Positions 32,333 through 60,333 of a DNA stretch of 64,000 nt are shown here, piece after piece. Position 1 is the stretch's first letter. Each line of letters starts with the position of its first letter. The DNA comes from Macrostomum lignano. Its lineage: Eukaryota. Both the position numbers and the translations under genes were made by a program. The notes beneath the pieces were generated by a model. The model was not told the DNA's origin and searched no databases. It saw only the letters and a program-made list of their open reading frames with translations. Location: contig NIVC01000337.1 of NCBI GenBank assembly GCA_002269645.1, positions 558,001-622,000 of the forward strand, given 5' to 3'.

Positions 32333-34618
32333 TAAGCATCCCGAACATTCATTAAGCATCTCGAACATTCATTAAGAATCTCGAACTTTCATTAAGCATC
32401 TCGAACTTTCATTAAGCATCTCGAACTTTCATTAAGCATCCCAAACATTCATTAAGCATCCCTAACATTCATTAAGCATCCCTAACATTCATTAAGCATC
32501 CCAAACATTCATTAAGCATCTCGAACATTCATTAAGCATCTCGAATATTCATTAAGCATCCCTAACATTCATTAAGCATCCCAAACATTCATTAAGCATC
32601 CCTAACATTCATTAAGCATCCCTAACATTCATTAAGCATCCCAAACATTCATTAAGCATCTCGAACATTCATTAAGCATCTCGAATATTCATTAAGCATC
32701 CCGAACATTCATTAAGCATCTCGAACATCCATTAAGCATCTCAAACATTCATTAAGCATCTCGAACATTCATTAAGCATCTCGAACATTCATTAAGCATC
32801 CCGAACATGCATTAAGCATCTCGAACTTTCATTAAGCATCTCGAACTTTCATTAAGCATCCCAAACATTCATTAAGCATCCCTAACATTCATTAAGCATC
32901 CCTAACATTCATTAAGCATCCCAAACATTCATTAAGCATCTCGAACATTCATTAAGCATCTCGAATATTCATTAAGCATCCCTAACATTCATTAAGCATC
33001 TCAAACATTCATTAAGCATCCCTAACATCCATTAAGCATCTCAAACATTCATTAAGCATCTCGAACATTCATTAAGCATCTCGAACATTCATTAAGCATC
33101 CCGAACATTCATTAAGCATCTCAAACATTCATTAAGCATCCCTAACATTCATTAAGCATCCCAAACATTCATTAAGCATCTCGAACATTCATTAAGCATC
33201 TCGAATATTCATTAAGCATCCCTAACATTCATTAAGCATCCCAAACATTCATTAAGCATCCCTAACATTCATTAAGCATCCCTAACATTCATTAAGCATC
33301 CCAAACATTCATTAAGCATCTCGAACATTCATTAAGCATCTCGAATATTCATTAAGCATCCCGAACATTCATTAAGCATCTCGAACATCCATTAAGCATC
33401 TCAAACATTCATTAAGCATCTCGAACATTCATTAAGCATCTCGAACATTCATTAAGCATCCCGAACATTCATTAAGCATCTCGAACTTTCATTAAGCATC
33501 TCGAACTTTCATTAAGCATCCCAAACATTCATTAAGCATCCCTAACATTCATTAAGCATCCCTAACATTCATTAAGCATCCCAAACATTCATTAAGCATC
33601 CCTAACATTCATTAAGCATCCCTAACATTCATTAAGCATCCCAAACATTCATTAAGCATCTCGAACATTCATTAAGCATCTCGAATATTCATTAAGCATC
33701 CCTAACATTCATTAAGCATCCCAAACATTCATTAAGCATCCCTAACATTCATTAAGCATCCCTAACATTCATTAAGCATCCCAAACATTCATTAAGCATC
33801 TCGAACATTCATTAAGCATCTCGAATATTCATTAAGCATCCCTAACATTCATTAAGCATCTCAAACATTCATTAAGCATCCCTAACATCCATTAAGCATC
33901 TCAAACATTCATTAAGCATCTCGAACATTCATTAAGCATCTCGAACATTCATTAAGCATCCCGAACATTCATTAAGCATCTCAAACATTCATTAAGCATC
34001 TCGAACATTCATTAAGCATCTCGAACATTCATTAAGCATCCCGAACATTCATTAAGCATCTCGAACTTTCATTAAGCATCTCGAACTTTCATTAAGCATC
34101 CCAAACATTCATTAAGCATCCCTAACATTCATTAAGCATCCCTAACATTCATTAAGCATCCCAAACATTCATTAAGCATCCCTAACATTCATTAAGCATC
34201 CCTAACATTCATTAAGCATCCCAAACATTCATTAAGCATCTCGAACATTCATTAAGCATCTCGAATATTCATTAAGCATCCCTAACATTCATTAAGCATC
34301 CCAAACATTCATTAAGCATCCCTAACATTCATTAAGCATCCCTAACATTCATTAAGCATCCCAAACATTCATTAAGCATCTCGAACATTCATTAAGCATC
34401 TCGAATATTCATTAAGCATCCCTAACATTCATTAAGCATCTCAAACATTCATTAAGCATCCCTAACATCCATTAAGCATCTCAAACATTCATTAAGCATC
34501 TCGAACATTCATTAAGCATCTCGAACATTCATTAAGCATCCCGAACATTCATTAAGCATCTCAAACATTCACTAAGCATCTCGAACATTCAATAAGCATC
34601 TCGAACATTCATTCAGCA
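32333..34618 (+). repeat. 20-bp satellite (ATTAAGCATC[TCGAAC]ATTC)n, ~114 copies
   Basis: Strict 20-bp phase with a hypervariable 6-nt slot. Confidence 0.99.
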
Positions 34619-34862
34619 TCGAATTTTTCATAAAAAAATTAATAATTTGTCAAGCACTAGACAAAGATACTGGCAGAGCATCACAATCCCAACCAATTAA
34701 CCTTGAGGTAAAATATTTTTGGTCATGAGTTGTTATACTTGTTGTTTGGTTGTCTATGGTTAAGACTCGGCTTTACAAAAGCCGATCTACCCAGCCATTT
34801 CTCACGATGCAGCAGCACTGACCAGAATCGCACAACAAGCTCTGCTATCATCAGACCGAAAC

Positions 34863-35450
34863 ATGAAGCCGCAACGCCGGTCGCAGGTGTCCTCATCCCG
34901 CGGCACCCGGATGCGCAGCGACATGCTGCAGCAGCAGCGGGAGATCATTGGCCTGAACAGGAACGGCACCTCCTCCGTGGAGTCCTACGCCTCCAGCCTA
35001 CTGTTGAAGTTCATCGCCCGCCGAGACGTGACGATGACCGACCTTTTCGGCGTCAGCCGGCAGCACGGCAGCCTCGAGGACGCCTGCGAGAGCGCCAGGA
35101 AGCGCGACCAGGTGCATCCGCCACAGTCCGAGCCTGCAGAAGAGAGCGGCGGTCCGGCCCGTCGCAGGCGCCGGCTGATTCCGAGCCGGTCGGCACAGCT
35201 GGCGGTGCTGCTGCTGTGCCACGGCGCCGTCCTGTCTATCGGGATGTTCCTGTTCGGGCTGACCGCGCCCATGCTGCTGCGGCAGAGCCCCGTCACGGAG
35301 CCCTGGTTCTCCATGTGGCTCTCCGGCTGCTGCTCGGTGCTGCTGCTGCTGCTGGCCTTCGCCCTGCCCGCCGTGTTTCCATCGCTTCTGGGCGCCTGCT
35401 GCCACGGCTTTATGCGGCACCTGCGCCTGGACCGCTACCACTATAAGTGA
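34863..35450 (+). CDS. Uncharacterised 195-aa protein with two C-terminal transmembrane helices
   Basis: GC-rich coding-like ORF with hydrophobic segments LAVLLLCHGAVLSIGMFLFGL and WFSMWLSGCCSVLLLLLAFALPAVF. An acceptor-like AG lies 8 nt before the ATG. Confidence 0.65.
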   Translation: MKPQRRSQVSSSRGTRMRSDMLQQQREIIGLNRNGTSSVESYASSLLLKFIARRDVTMTDLFGVSRQHGSLEDACESARKRDQVHPPQSEPAEESGGPARRRRRLIPSRSAQLAVLLLCHGAVLSIGMFLFGLTAPMLLRQSPVTEPWFSMWLSGCCSVLLLLLAFALPAVFPSLLGACCHGFMRHLRLDRYHYK

Positions 35451-35475
35451 GGGCTGGGGGAGCGGCAGAAATGCG

Positions 35476-36045
35476 ATGCAGGCATGTATTGGAATGTTCA
35501 GGGATGTATTGGAATGTTTAGGGATGTATTGGAATGTTCAGGGATGTATTGGAATGTTCAGGGATGCATTGGAATGTTCAGGGATGTATTGGAATGTTCA
35601 GGGATGCATTGGAATGTTCAGGGATGTATTCGAATGTTCAGGGATGTATTCGAATGTTCAGGGATGTATTAGAATGTTCAGGGATGCATTGGAATGTCCA
35701 AGGATGTATTGGAATGTTCAGGGATGTATTGGAATGTTCAGGGATGTATTGGAATGTTCAGGGATGCACTGGAATTTTCAGGGATGCATTGGAATGTTCA
35801 GGGATGTATTGGAATGTTCAGGGATGCATTCAGGGATGCATTGGAATGTTCAGGGATGCACTGGAATGTTCAGGGATGTATTCAGGGATGCATTGGAATG
35901 TTCAGGGATGCACTGGAATGTTCAGGGATGCACTGGAATGTTCAGGGATGCATTCAGGGATGCACTGGAATGTTCAGGGATGCATTGGAATGTTCAGGGA
36001 TGCACTGGAATGTTCAGGGATGCATTTGAATGTTTAGGGATGCAC
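35476..36045 (+). repeat. 20-bp minisatellite (GGAATGTTCAGGGATGCATT)n, ~28 copies
   Basis: Direct reading; related to the reverse complement of the 32333-34618 unit. Confidence 0.97.
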
Positions 36046-36380
36046 AGGAACGGTCATGGATACACACAATGAAGGTCAAAGCTACATTGAAGGTCAAAGC
36101 TCTGCGGGGAACTGAGTTATTGACTGTCCGTCAGACTACTCATACATTAATTTGTTGTTGAGTGATTATGTAAATTTTCGCTGCGGCATGTTTGCATTTA
36201 TCTCTACTCGAATCCAGTTGAAACAAGTTCTTACCCTGCAGAGGCCGGCATCCATAATAACGCATTGCTGCTTCTGTTTATCCTGCCACTTATGGCGCAT
36301 CATAAGCGCTCGTTAAACTTTGCTTTTAGACTTATTTAATAGCCCTTGCCTGAAAGTGAAAACTTGTTTCTGTTGCAAAG

Positions 36381-36384
<4 letters not shown>

Positions 36385-36464
<80 letters not shown>
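36385..36464 (+). repeat. (CT)40 microsatellite
   Basis: Direct reading. Confidence 0.99.
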
Positions 36465-36468
<4 letters not shown>

Positions 36469-36930
36469 AGCTGGGAAACTCGATGGAGCACAGCGGCCCC
36501 GCCCCTGTTCGTGCCTTTCATCTGGGCGGACGTGGGAAAGCAATTTAAAGTTAAGATGAGGCTTTTCTGCAGCAGCCAGGAAAATAATTGGAGTAGGGAG
36601 GGGGAGCCGCCGAGCTCCTTTGAGACGGCATGGGCGACATGTGAGAACATTGCTGCCATTGTGGCGATACACTCTCGCTTTCACTGAGACCCTCCATATG
36701 AGCCCTAATTGCTCTAATTGTTGTCTAGACTGACGAAAGCAAGCCAGCCAAATGCGCCAGAGACTGGGGGAGGGCGAAGCGGGGGTAAGCAGTGCTTTCA
36801 GCTCTGCAGTGAATTTAATGTTTAATCGAGTGGTTGATATCTCAGCAGTGCGAAATCTGCTTGCAGCGAAGGCCATGGCAGTATACAGCCTGAACCGGAC
36901 TTGACGAAGTACATCAGCTACCTCGAGTAA

Positions 36931-37560
36931 GGACAGGACAGGATAGGACAGGATAGGATAGGATAGGATAGGAAAGGACAGGACAGGACAAGACAGGACA
37001 GGACAGGACAGGATAGGACAGAACAGGACAGGACAGGACAGGACAGGACGGGACAGGACAGGACAGGACAGACAGGACAGGACAGGACAGAACAGGACAG
37101 GACAGGACAGGACAGGACGGGACAGGACAGGATAGGACAGGACATGACAGGACAGGACAGGACAGGATAGGATAGGACAGGACAGAACAGGACAGACAGG
37201 ACAGGACAGGACAGGACAGGACAGGACAGGACAGGACAGGACAGGATAGGACAGTACAGGGGCAGGACAGGACAGGACAGGGCAGGACAGAACAGGACAG
37301 GACAGGACATTACAGGATAGGATAGGACAGGACAGTACAGGGGCAGGACAGGACAGGACAGGGGCAGGACAGAACAGGACAGGACAGGACAGGACAGAAC
37401 AGGACAGGACAGGATAGGACAGGACAGGACAGTACAGGACAGGACAGTACAGGACAGGACAGGACAGGACAGGACAGGACAGGACAGGATAGGACAGTAC
37501 AGGGGCAGGACAGGACAGGACAGGGGCAGGACAGAACAGGACAGGACAGGACAGAACCAG
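36931..37560 (+). repeat. (GGACA)n pentanucleotide tract
   Basis: Direct reading, with GGATA and GAACA variants. Confidence 0.97.
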
Positions 37561-38281
37561 TCCGGTAGATTGCGTTTCATCCAATAAAATTTGACACATC
37601 AAGGACTTTTCAATAGTATTCGGTACAATTCGGTAGTCTTTGTACGTAAAACTCTTTCGAATCGTACTGTTTACTGTTGCTACTGGTCTCAGCTCTTGGA
37701 GCGGTCAAAAACACATTGCTCCTGCGCCATTGGTTGGAGTTGATGGCACTGAGGGGTGAGGGCAGGGGGGGGGGGTCAGCCCATAAAACCCTGCAGCCGG
37801 TCGCCGCTCGGGCACGAGGGGCCTCAAAGCGAGCCTGCAGTCCTGGACCCCACCGACCCCGCCTCAGCCAGCCTGCTTCCTTCCTGTGCTGCCCACTCGA
37901 GGCCGGTAAGCCAAGTTCTGCTCTTATCGTATTTCTCACCTCTCTCACCTCTCTCTCATGTTCGAATAACAGACCGCTAATTGGCTAATTGGCCAACCAG
38001 GCAAAAAAGCTGGTGCCAAATCTTGATTGAAAAGCTTCTGCAGCTGTCAAACCGCTTTTTTGTAAATTAAAAAACATTTAAATTCGCGTGAAAAAAGACG
38101 TTTTTTGAAGCAAAATTAAAACCCTAATGTATTTAAAGAAGGTAATTGTCAAGCTGAAATCATGGGTTTAACATTTTTTGTTCTTCATTATATTTCTTGA
38201 TTTCATATTGCTCACTCAATTATTACTCATCGTCTCTGATGAAAGAAACCCGGACTCCGTCTCGCCTCGCCTCCCCAGCGG

Positions 38282-40388
<2,107 letters not shown>

Positions 40389-40534
40389 GCGACTGAAAGC
40401 GGCAGCTAATTTTTATAACTAAATAAGTTAACCTGATAACCTATTATAACTGTATGTGCTCTGCTCTGCTCTGCATGCAGCTGCTGGCTTTTGGTTGCTG
40501 ACAACTGATTGCTGATCTTGATTGCTTAAACTGA

Positions 40535-40572
40535 CCTAACCTAACCCTAACCCTAACCCTAACCCTAACCCT
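40535..40572 (-). repeat. Interstitial telomeric repeat (TTAGGG)~5 plus 2 degenerate TTAGG units
   Basis: The plus strand reads CCTAACCTAACCCTAACCCTAACCCTAACCCTAACCCT. Confidence 0.85.
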
Positions 40573-40574
40573 CA

Positions 40575-40845
40575 TCACTCCCTCTCACCGCCCCCCTCTC
40601 CTCTCTCCCTCTCCGCTCTCTCTCTCCGCTCTGCCTATCTTCTCCCCCTCTCCGCTCCCCCTCACCTCTCTCCCTCACCGCTCCCCCTCACCGCTCTCCC
40701 TCTCCGCTCCCCCTCTCCTCTCACCCTCTCCTCTCTCCCTCACCGCTCCCCCTCACCGCTCTCCCTCACCGCTCCCCCTCACCGCTCCCCCTCACCGCTC
40801 CCCCTCACCGCTCCCCCTCACCGATCCCCCTCTCCGCTCCCTCCC
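40575..40845 (+). repeat. C-rich ~13-14 bp repeat (CTCACCGCTCCCC)n abutting the telomeric seed
   Basis: Direct reading; degenerate at the left, more regular at the right. Confidence 0.9.
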
Positions 40846-41463
40846 ACTCATTCCATGCCGGAAAATCGCAAAATTTACAATTTACAGCTTGTCTGAATTG
40901 ATTGGCTTTTTAATAAGAATTTTCTACTCAAAGGCTGTTCAAATTCAAGCACACAATCAGCTTTACAGTGCGCGTTCGATCATATTCAATCCTGGCTTCA
41001 CTGCTGGCATGTTTCACAGCTTGTTTCGTAAAACATTCACTTGCACATTTTCCTATCCTTAATGTACCAATATTTGCGCAAGCCGTTCAGCACCTTCTTT
41101 TTTGTTTATCTTGCATCATGAGAAATTTTTGTGTCGTTCGGTTCTCGGCTGGCTACAAGTTCGATGTGCCTCAACTCCGTTTTGGTCAAATACAGTTTCA
41201 ATCAGTGCTGTGCAAGCAATTGTTACACTTAGAAGTACATGACAGCTTTGCCTGTCTGAGAACTGGTTCTCTAAAATGCCCAAGGGCTCGGGTGTTTGCA
41301 AGCTGTACCCATCCGATTGTTACCGTTCATGGACAAGAGCACAAAATAAGATGTGTGGCGTCAGTGCATGGGAAAGTGGCTAGTTGTGCAGATGAAATTG
41401 TACTCTGGAAAGCAGTTCACACACAGAGTGCAAATGGGTTTCAAACTCGCCCTTTAATGTGAA

Positions 41464-41687
41464 GCAGGACAGTTGAGGACAGGACAGGACAAGACAGACA
41501 GGACAGGAAAGGAGGATAGGACAGGACAGGACAGGATAGGACAGGACAGGACAAGACAGACAGGACAGGAAAGGAGGATAGGACAGGACAGGACAGGACA
41601 GGATAGGGGCAGGACAGGACAGGACAGGACAAGACAGGACAGGACAGGACAGGACAGGACAGGACAGGACAGGACAGGACAAGACAG
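41464..41687 (+). repeat. (GGACA)n tract
   Basis: Direct reading. Confidence 0.95.
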
Positions 41688-42423
41688 GAAACTCCACCAG
41701 CTACCCAGACGCAACATACGAATGTAAGAAGACCCTGTTGAGTTCCATTCTCCGATTTCTCCAATTGGAATCCACTTTGTTAGAACGCATTTTCTCCCTC
41801 AACGTCGGGATCGTTTGTTTTCGCTCTTTGGCGGCAAAACAAGCAGGAGGACTGGGCAGTCTTGAAAGCATTACTTTGCAAAAGCAAGAAGTTTGCTTGC
41901 TTGCAAAGCATCTCTCCTCTTTCACTCCTCCGCTGGCTATCTCCACCAGCAGTGGAAGTCAGTCCAACACCGAAGCCCCTGGATGCGGGGGTCATTTGTC
42001 AGCGGACTGGACTGACTAAGCGGGGCCGCTGCGCCCCCCCCCCCCCCCAACAAGAGGCGGCGCACACTACTATCACTGAAACCATTGACTGATGAGGCCT
42101 TTGGTCCGAATTTTTCCTACCAGTTGCCTCTCTCTGCCCGCGCCGCTGCCTTCACTGATAATTGGACCAGCCGGGGCGCCCCCCACACTCTCCCGCCTCT
42201 CCGGGGCCTGATTATTTAAGGTGGCGCGATATTCGAACCTCGGTTTGGCTTGGCCCCGTCAGATTATTCTCGCTCCTTGCCGGCCCTGCCGCCCCGCCGA
42301 GAATCCAGCAGCTCCCCGAGCCGAAGGCCGAACTCTCGCAACCGCCCGCCTGGCTTTCATCGCCAGCAGTTGAACTCTGCGCTGATCCGCTGGGAAAGCA
42401 TCAGGGCCCCAGCCGAACCCGAA

Positions 42424-49507
<7,084 letters not shown>

Positions 49508-50093
49508 GGCGCTGCAGCATCCGCAGCTTCATCGGTGACTGGCCAAGCCTTCTCAGCAGGCGGTCAGCAGTGACACTTTGCCTGCTGGCGGTTGTCTCGA
49601 ATTCTAACTAATTCGCGCCTGCTGAGTTCAAACTGTCTTCTTCCTCATATTTTCGCTCACGAATTGGAACTGGAAACTTCCCCATTCAATAAATATTTAG
49701 TACTATCACATGTATTAATTTGTAAGCTCTGGAGGCGAAGGTGTTGAAGCAATCCGCGCGATCACATCCTTGTGTACAGCTCATTCTACTGCAGCCGCCT
49801 ACTGCTTGCTTCTCTGCAATTTCTGCTTTTTCTCTTGATTTTACGAGCGCAAGTTTTTTTTACAGCCGCCTGGCTACAGCCGCTGCTGCATGCTCAACAT
49901 TTTTTCATGCTCAACAAGGTTTTTGGGGCCTAAAATTGTGAAAGACTGTGTCATCGTTCGACTCCTATAGCTATTTTGAAGACCTTTTGGAATGAAATAA
50001 ATGTGCACTCGATTTCTGCTTCTTTTTGCTAAAAGTGCAGTTGAAGCCATCTGCTGTGAAGGGACTCAACTTTGTAGCTTAGGTGTTCTTTAA

Positions 50094-50270
<177 letters not shown>

Positions 50271-51029
50271 TTTTCTGGGAAATTCCTCTCAGACGCGCGG
50301 ACACATTAGAGTGAAGCGCACAGATGCTTTAGGACAAAAACTCACCAAGTCGAGAATGCAAGACGATAAAAAAGACCCCGTCAGAAAACACAACCCAGTC
50401 ATTAGTTGCCATGACAACGCAGTGGATGAATTTCTGTCCAGATTGCATATCCTTCCAGATACAAGTTTTCTCAAACAGAAATCGTAAGCGGCCTCGCCGG
50501 CAGTCAAATTGGTCACCAACCAGGGATGCTCAGGCGAGGCAGCGAGAACAGAGGAAGCTGGGCCAACCCCCCCCCCCTGCAGACAATGGGATTTGAACTC
50601 ATTTTCAAAGAAATGCTACATTATTCAGCCCCCGCAGCCTGGGTTTGGGAGATTTTCCCCTTTTCGCAGGGGGTCTCTTTAATATTTCAGCCAGCAGAGG
50701 GGAAACGCACTGGAAAAAAGCAGCAAGTCGCGTGAAAGAACAAAAAAGAAGAGACGGCTTGAAAAGCTGCGGGGGGCCGTCGGGGCCAACTGTAAGCGGA
50801 GGGCCTGGGAGGGCAGGCAGGCAGGAGAGGCAGAGCGGCAGTTTTTTGGCCGCCCCCCCACCAGCCTCACGAAAAATATTTGAGGGAAACGGCGGAGGCG
50901 GAGGCTGTTGACTCCTCCTCAGTGTACACGGGCCAGCAGCAGGGGGAGGGAGGGAGGCTGGCAGAAATCTTCATCAGCCCCGCCAGCCCCTGCCACCTGA
51001 GCAGGCTTGCAGCTGAATTTGCCAAGTAA

Positions 51030-56589
<5,560 letters not shown>

Positions 56590-56591
56590 AT

Positions 56592-57225
56592 AGAGCCAGC
56601 TTCCGGTCCTGACCTAGAGCCAGCTTCCGGTCCTGACCTAGAGCCAGCTTCCGGTCCTGATCTAGAGCCAGCTTCCGGTCCTGACCTAGAGCCAGCTTCC
56701 TGTCCTGACCTAGAGCCAGCTTCCGGTCCTGACTTGGAGCCAGCTTCCGGTCCTGACCTAGAGCCAGCTTCCGGTCCTGACCTAAAGCCAGCTTCCGGTC
56801 CTGACTTGGAGCCAGCTTCCGGTCCTGACTTGGAGCCAGCTTCCTGTCCTGACCTAGAGCCAGCTTCCGGTCCTGACCTAGAGCCAGCTTCCGGTCCTGA
56901 CTTGGAGCCAGCTTCCGGTCCTGACTTGGAGCCAGCTTCCGGTCCTGACCTAGAGCCAGCTTACGGTCCTGACCTAGAGCCAGCTTCCGGTCCTGACCTA
57001 GAGCCAGCTTCCGGTCCTGACCTAGAGCCAGCTTCCGGTTCTGACCTAGACAGACACAGCTTCCGGTCCTGACCTAGAGCCAGCTTCCGGTTCTGACCTA
57101 GACAGGCACAGCTTCCGGTCCTGACCTAGAGCCAGCTTCCGGTCCTGACCTAGAGCCAGCTTCCGGTTCTGACCTAGATGGACACAGCTTCCGGTCCTGA
57201 CCTAGAGCCAGCTTCCGGTCCTGAA
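56592..57225 (+). repeat. 24-bp minisatellite (AGAGCCAGCTTCCGGTCCTGACCT)n, ~26 copies, starting at the kinase stop codon
   Basis: Direct reading. Confidence 0.97.
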
Positions 57226-57844
57226 CATAGACCATGACAGAATCCCAGTCATTGCTATACTTGCCGCAGCGCTGACAAATCTGTTTAGAGCTGTAAATTT
57301 GCCTTATTTCTGCTTTTAGTGAACGATTTTTTCTCATCTTTTTTGATTGACAGACTGAAGACTTTGTTAAAAACAAACATTTAGATTCTGATAGAACTGT
57401 TAATTTCTTGCTAAAAAATGATATTTTTCTTAAGTATTATTAATTAAACTTGCTTTTAAAACTGACTGAAATCAATACATTTTAAATGAAAGCTTGAGCA
57501 CAGTCTATTCTCTGAATGGAGTCAACAGCATTCTCAGCGTAGCACTGCTATTGCGATGGGTTCCGGTTTTTTTCTGCTTCAAGGCTCACTGATTTATGAG
57601 CAGCAGGGACCTCCGCTTGTGAGCTGCCTCTCCGATAGGTGAGCAGTTTTGGAGAAGCAATTGATGCAGCTGAGCCGGAGTCACATCTGCTTTGGATAAC
57701 GGATTTTAATCCAATTTCATTTCATAGATGACCCAAACAGCTGAGAGCCTTCGCGAAAAATTTAATTTTCTTTTTGAAAAATTCTGATTTATGAATTCAC
57801 TCTCTAAGAGTCAGACCTGGGAATACAGGCAAACATGCTGAGAC

Positions 57845-59010
57845 ATATCTGTCTGCCTGTCTGTTAGTGTCTATCTGTCTGCCTCTTAGTGTCTGACTTG
57901 CCTGTCTCTTAGTGTCTGTCTGTCTGTCTCTTAGTGTCTCTCTGCCTGTCTCTTTAGTGTCTGCCTGTCTGTCTCTTAGTGTCTGTATGCCTGTCTCTTA
58001 GTGTCTGTCTTGCCTGTCTCTTAGTGTCTGTATGCCTGTCTCTTAGTGTCTGTCTTGCCTGTCTCTTAGTGTCTGTATGCCTGTCTCTTAGTGTCTGTAT
58101 GCCTGTCTCTTAGTGTCTGACTTGCCTGTCTCTTAGTGTCTGTCTGTCTGTCTTTTAGTGTCTGCCTTGCCTGTCTTTTAGTGTCTGTATGCCTGTCTCT
58201 TAGTGTCTGACTTGCCTGTCTCTTAGTGTCTGTCTGTCTGTCTTTTAGTGTCTGCCTTGTCTGTCTTTTAGTGTCTGCCTGTCTGTCTCTTTGTGTCTTT
58301 TTTGCCTGTCTCTTATCTTAGTGTCTGCCTTGCCTGTCTCTTAGTGTCTATCTGCCTGTCTCTTAGTGTCTGTCTCCCTGTCTCTTAGCGTCTATATGCC
58401 TGTCTCTTAGTGTCCGTCGGCCTGTCTCTTAGTGTCTGTCGGCCTGTCTCTTAGTGTCTGTCTGCCTGTCTCTTAGTGTCTGTCGGCCTGTCTCTTAGTG
58501 TCTGTCTGCCTGTCTCTTAGTGTCTATCTGCCTATCTCTTAGTGTCTGTCTGTCTATCTTTTAGTGTCTGCCTTGCCTGTCTCTTAGTGTCTGCCTGTTT
58601 GTCTCTTTGTGTCTGTCGGCCTGTCTCTTAGTGTCTGTCTGCCTGTCTCTTAGTGTCTATCTGCCTGTCTCTTAGTGTCCGTCGGCCTGTCTCTTAGTGT
58701 CTGTCGGCCTGTCTCTTAGTGTCTGTCTGCCTGTCTCTTAGTGTCTATCTGCCTATCTCTTAGTGTCTGTCTGTCTATCTTTTAGTGTCTGCCTTGCCTG
58801 TCTTTTAGTGTCTGCCTGTTTGTCTCTTTGTGTCTTTTTTGCCTGTCTCTTATCTTAGTGTCTGCCTTGCCTGTCTCTTAATGTCTGCCTTGACTGTTTC
58901 TTATCTTAGTGTCTGAGTGACTGATTCTTAGTGTCTGTCTTGCCTGACTTTTAGTGTCTGCCTGTCTTTTAGCGTCTGTCCCTCTGTCCCTTATTGTCTG
59001 TCCACCTGTC
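57845..59010 (+). repeat. Degenerate ~20-22 bp repeat (GTCTCTTAGTGTCTGTCTGCCT)n
   Basis: Recurring CTTAGTGTC core, the reverse complement of the ACACTAAG motif seen in the CAGA tracts. Confidence 0.9.
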
Positions 59011-59775
59011 TGTTTGGCAGACACTCAGGCAGAGACTGTTGCAAAAAGCAAGGGGTGTTTAGTGCAGCCAGACTCAACGCGAAAGCAGCCAATGTTTTTT
59101 ACGAGCTTAGCTGAAAATAAAGAGTAAGATTCACTGCCGAGTCGGTTCGATCGGGTCGGACAGTTGCCTGGCAACCAGCTGATGCCTCCATAAATCCTCG
59201 AGTTTTATCACTTCAGACTCACCCCTACTATGCTACTCAAACATAATAATCATAAATCAAGTCCTTCTCTAAGCGGATATTGAGAACTAATTTCTGACTT
59301 CTTGACAGCTTCTAGAAGTTAAAATAATCAACTGCGAGCTTACAGATTTGATGGCGAAAACAGTGAAACTGGGTGAAAACGCATCGAATCTGAATACCGG
59401 AGCTGGCAGGGAGCCACCGCGAGCCGCTGATGTATCGCTGGCATGCGAGTGGGCGGCTCGAGTCTGCGGGTACCACGCAATGCGGCACTGAGGCTCTCGT
59501 TAGCAACACGTCAGCTAAGCTGGCCCTCACCTGCGAGTTTTTGAAAGCATGCCGCCGACCTCATTAGCGCTTTTGCTTCCGTTTCTCTGTCTCGCCGCCT
59601 TCTTTTCTTTTCTTTCGGATTGTTTCTTTTGCTCACGAAAACTCCAAACAAAACTGCAGTTTGCTTGGGCTCAAAGCTGCTCATGCTGGCAACCAGTGCG
59701 GGTCTGACAGATTGAAATCACAGCCTCTGACCTCCAGCGACCTCCGTGACTTTTAGCGTACCCGTTTTGTTTTCT

Positions 59776-60333
<558 letters not shown>

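Noticed and set aside
36480-36930. Minus-strand open frame (EVADVLRQVRFRLYTAMAFAASRF...) between the CT and GGACA tracts
   Set aside because: No recognisable domain and no phase-consistent partner exons identified; it could be an exon but is unsupported.
41040-41330. Possible decayed MULE transposase C-terminus on the minus strand (NN..G..., HPSPWAF, RKYW)
   Set aside because: Only a few short motif resemblances across stops and frameshifts, with no TIRs. A tBLASTn or HMM hit would be needed.
42089-42111. Hammerhead ribozyme core CTGATGA-GGCC-TTTG-GTCC-GAAT
   Set aside because: It has GAAT instead of GAAA, a mismatch in stem II, and no stem I/III pairing that I could find.
50289-50519. Minus-strand ORF with a hydrophobic stretch and a GTGAG donor
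   Set aside because: Short, weak codon bias and no convincing gene model; left unannotated.
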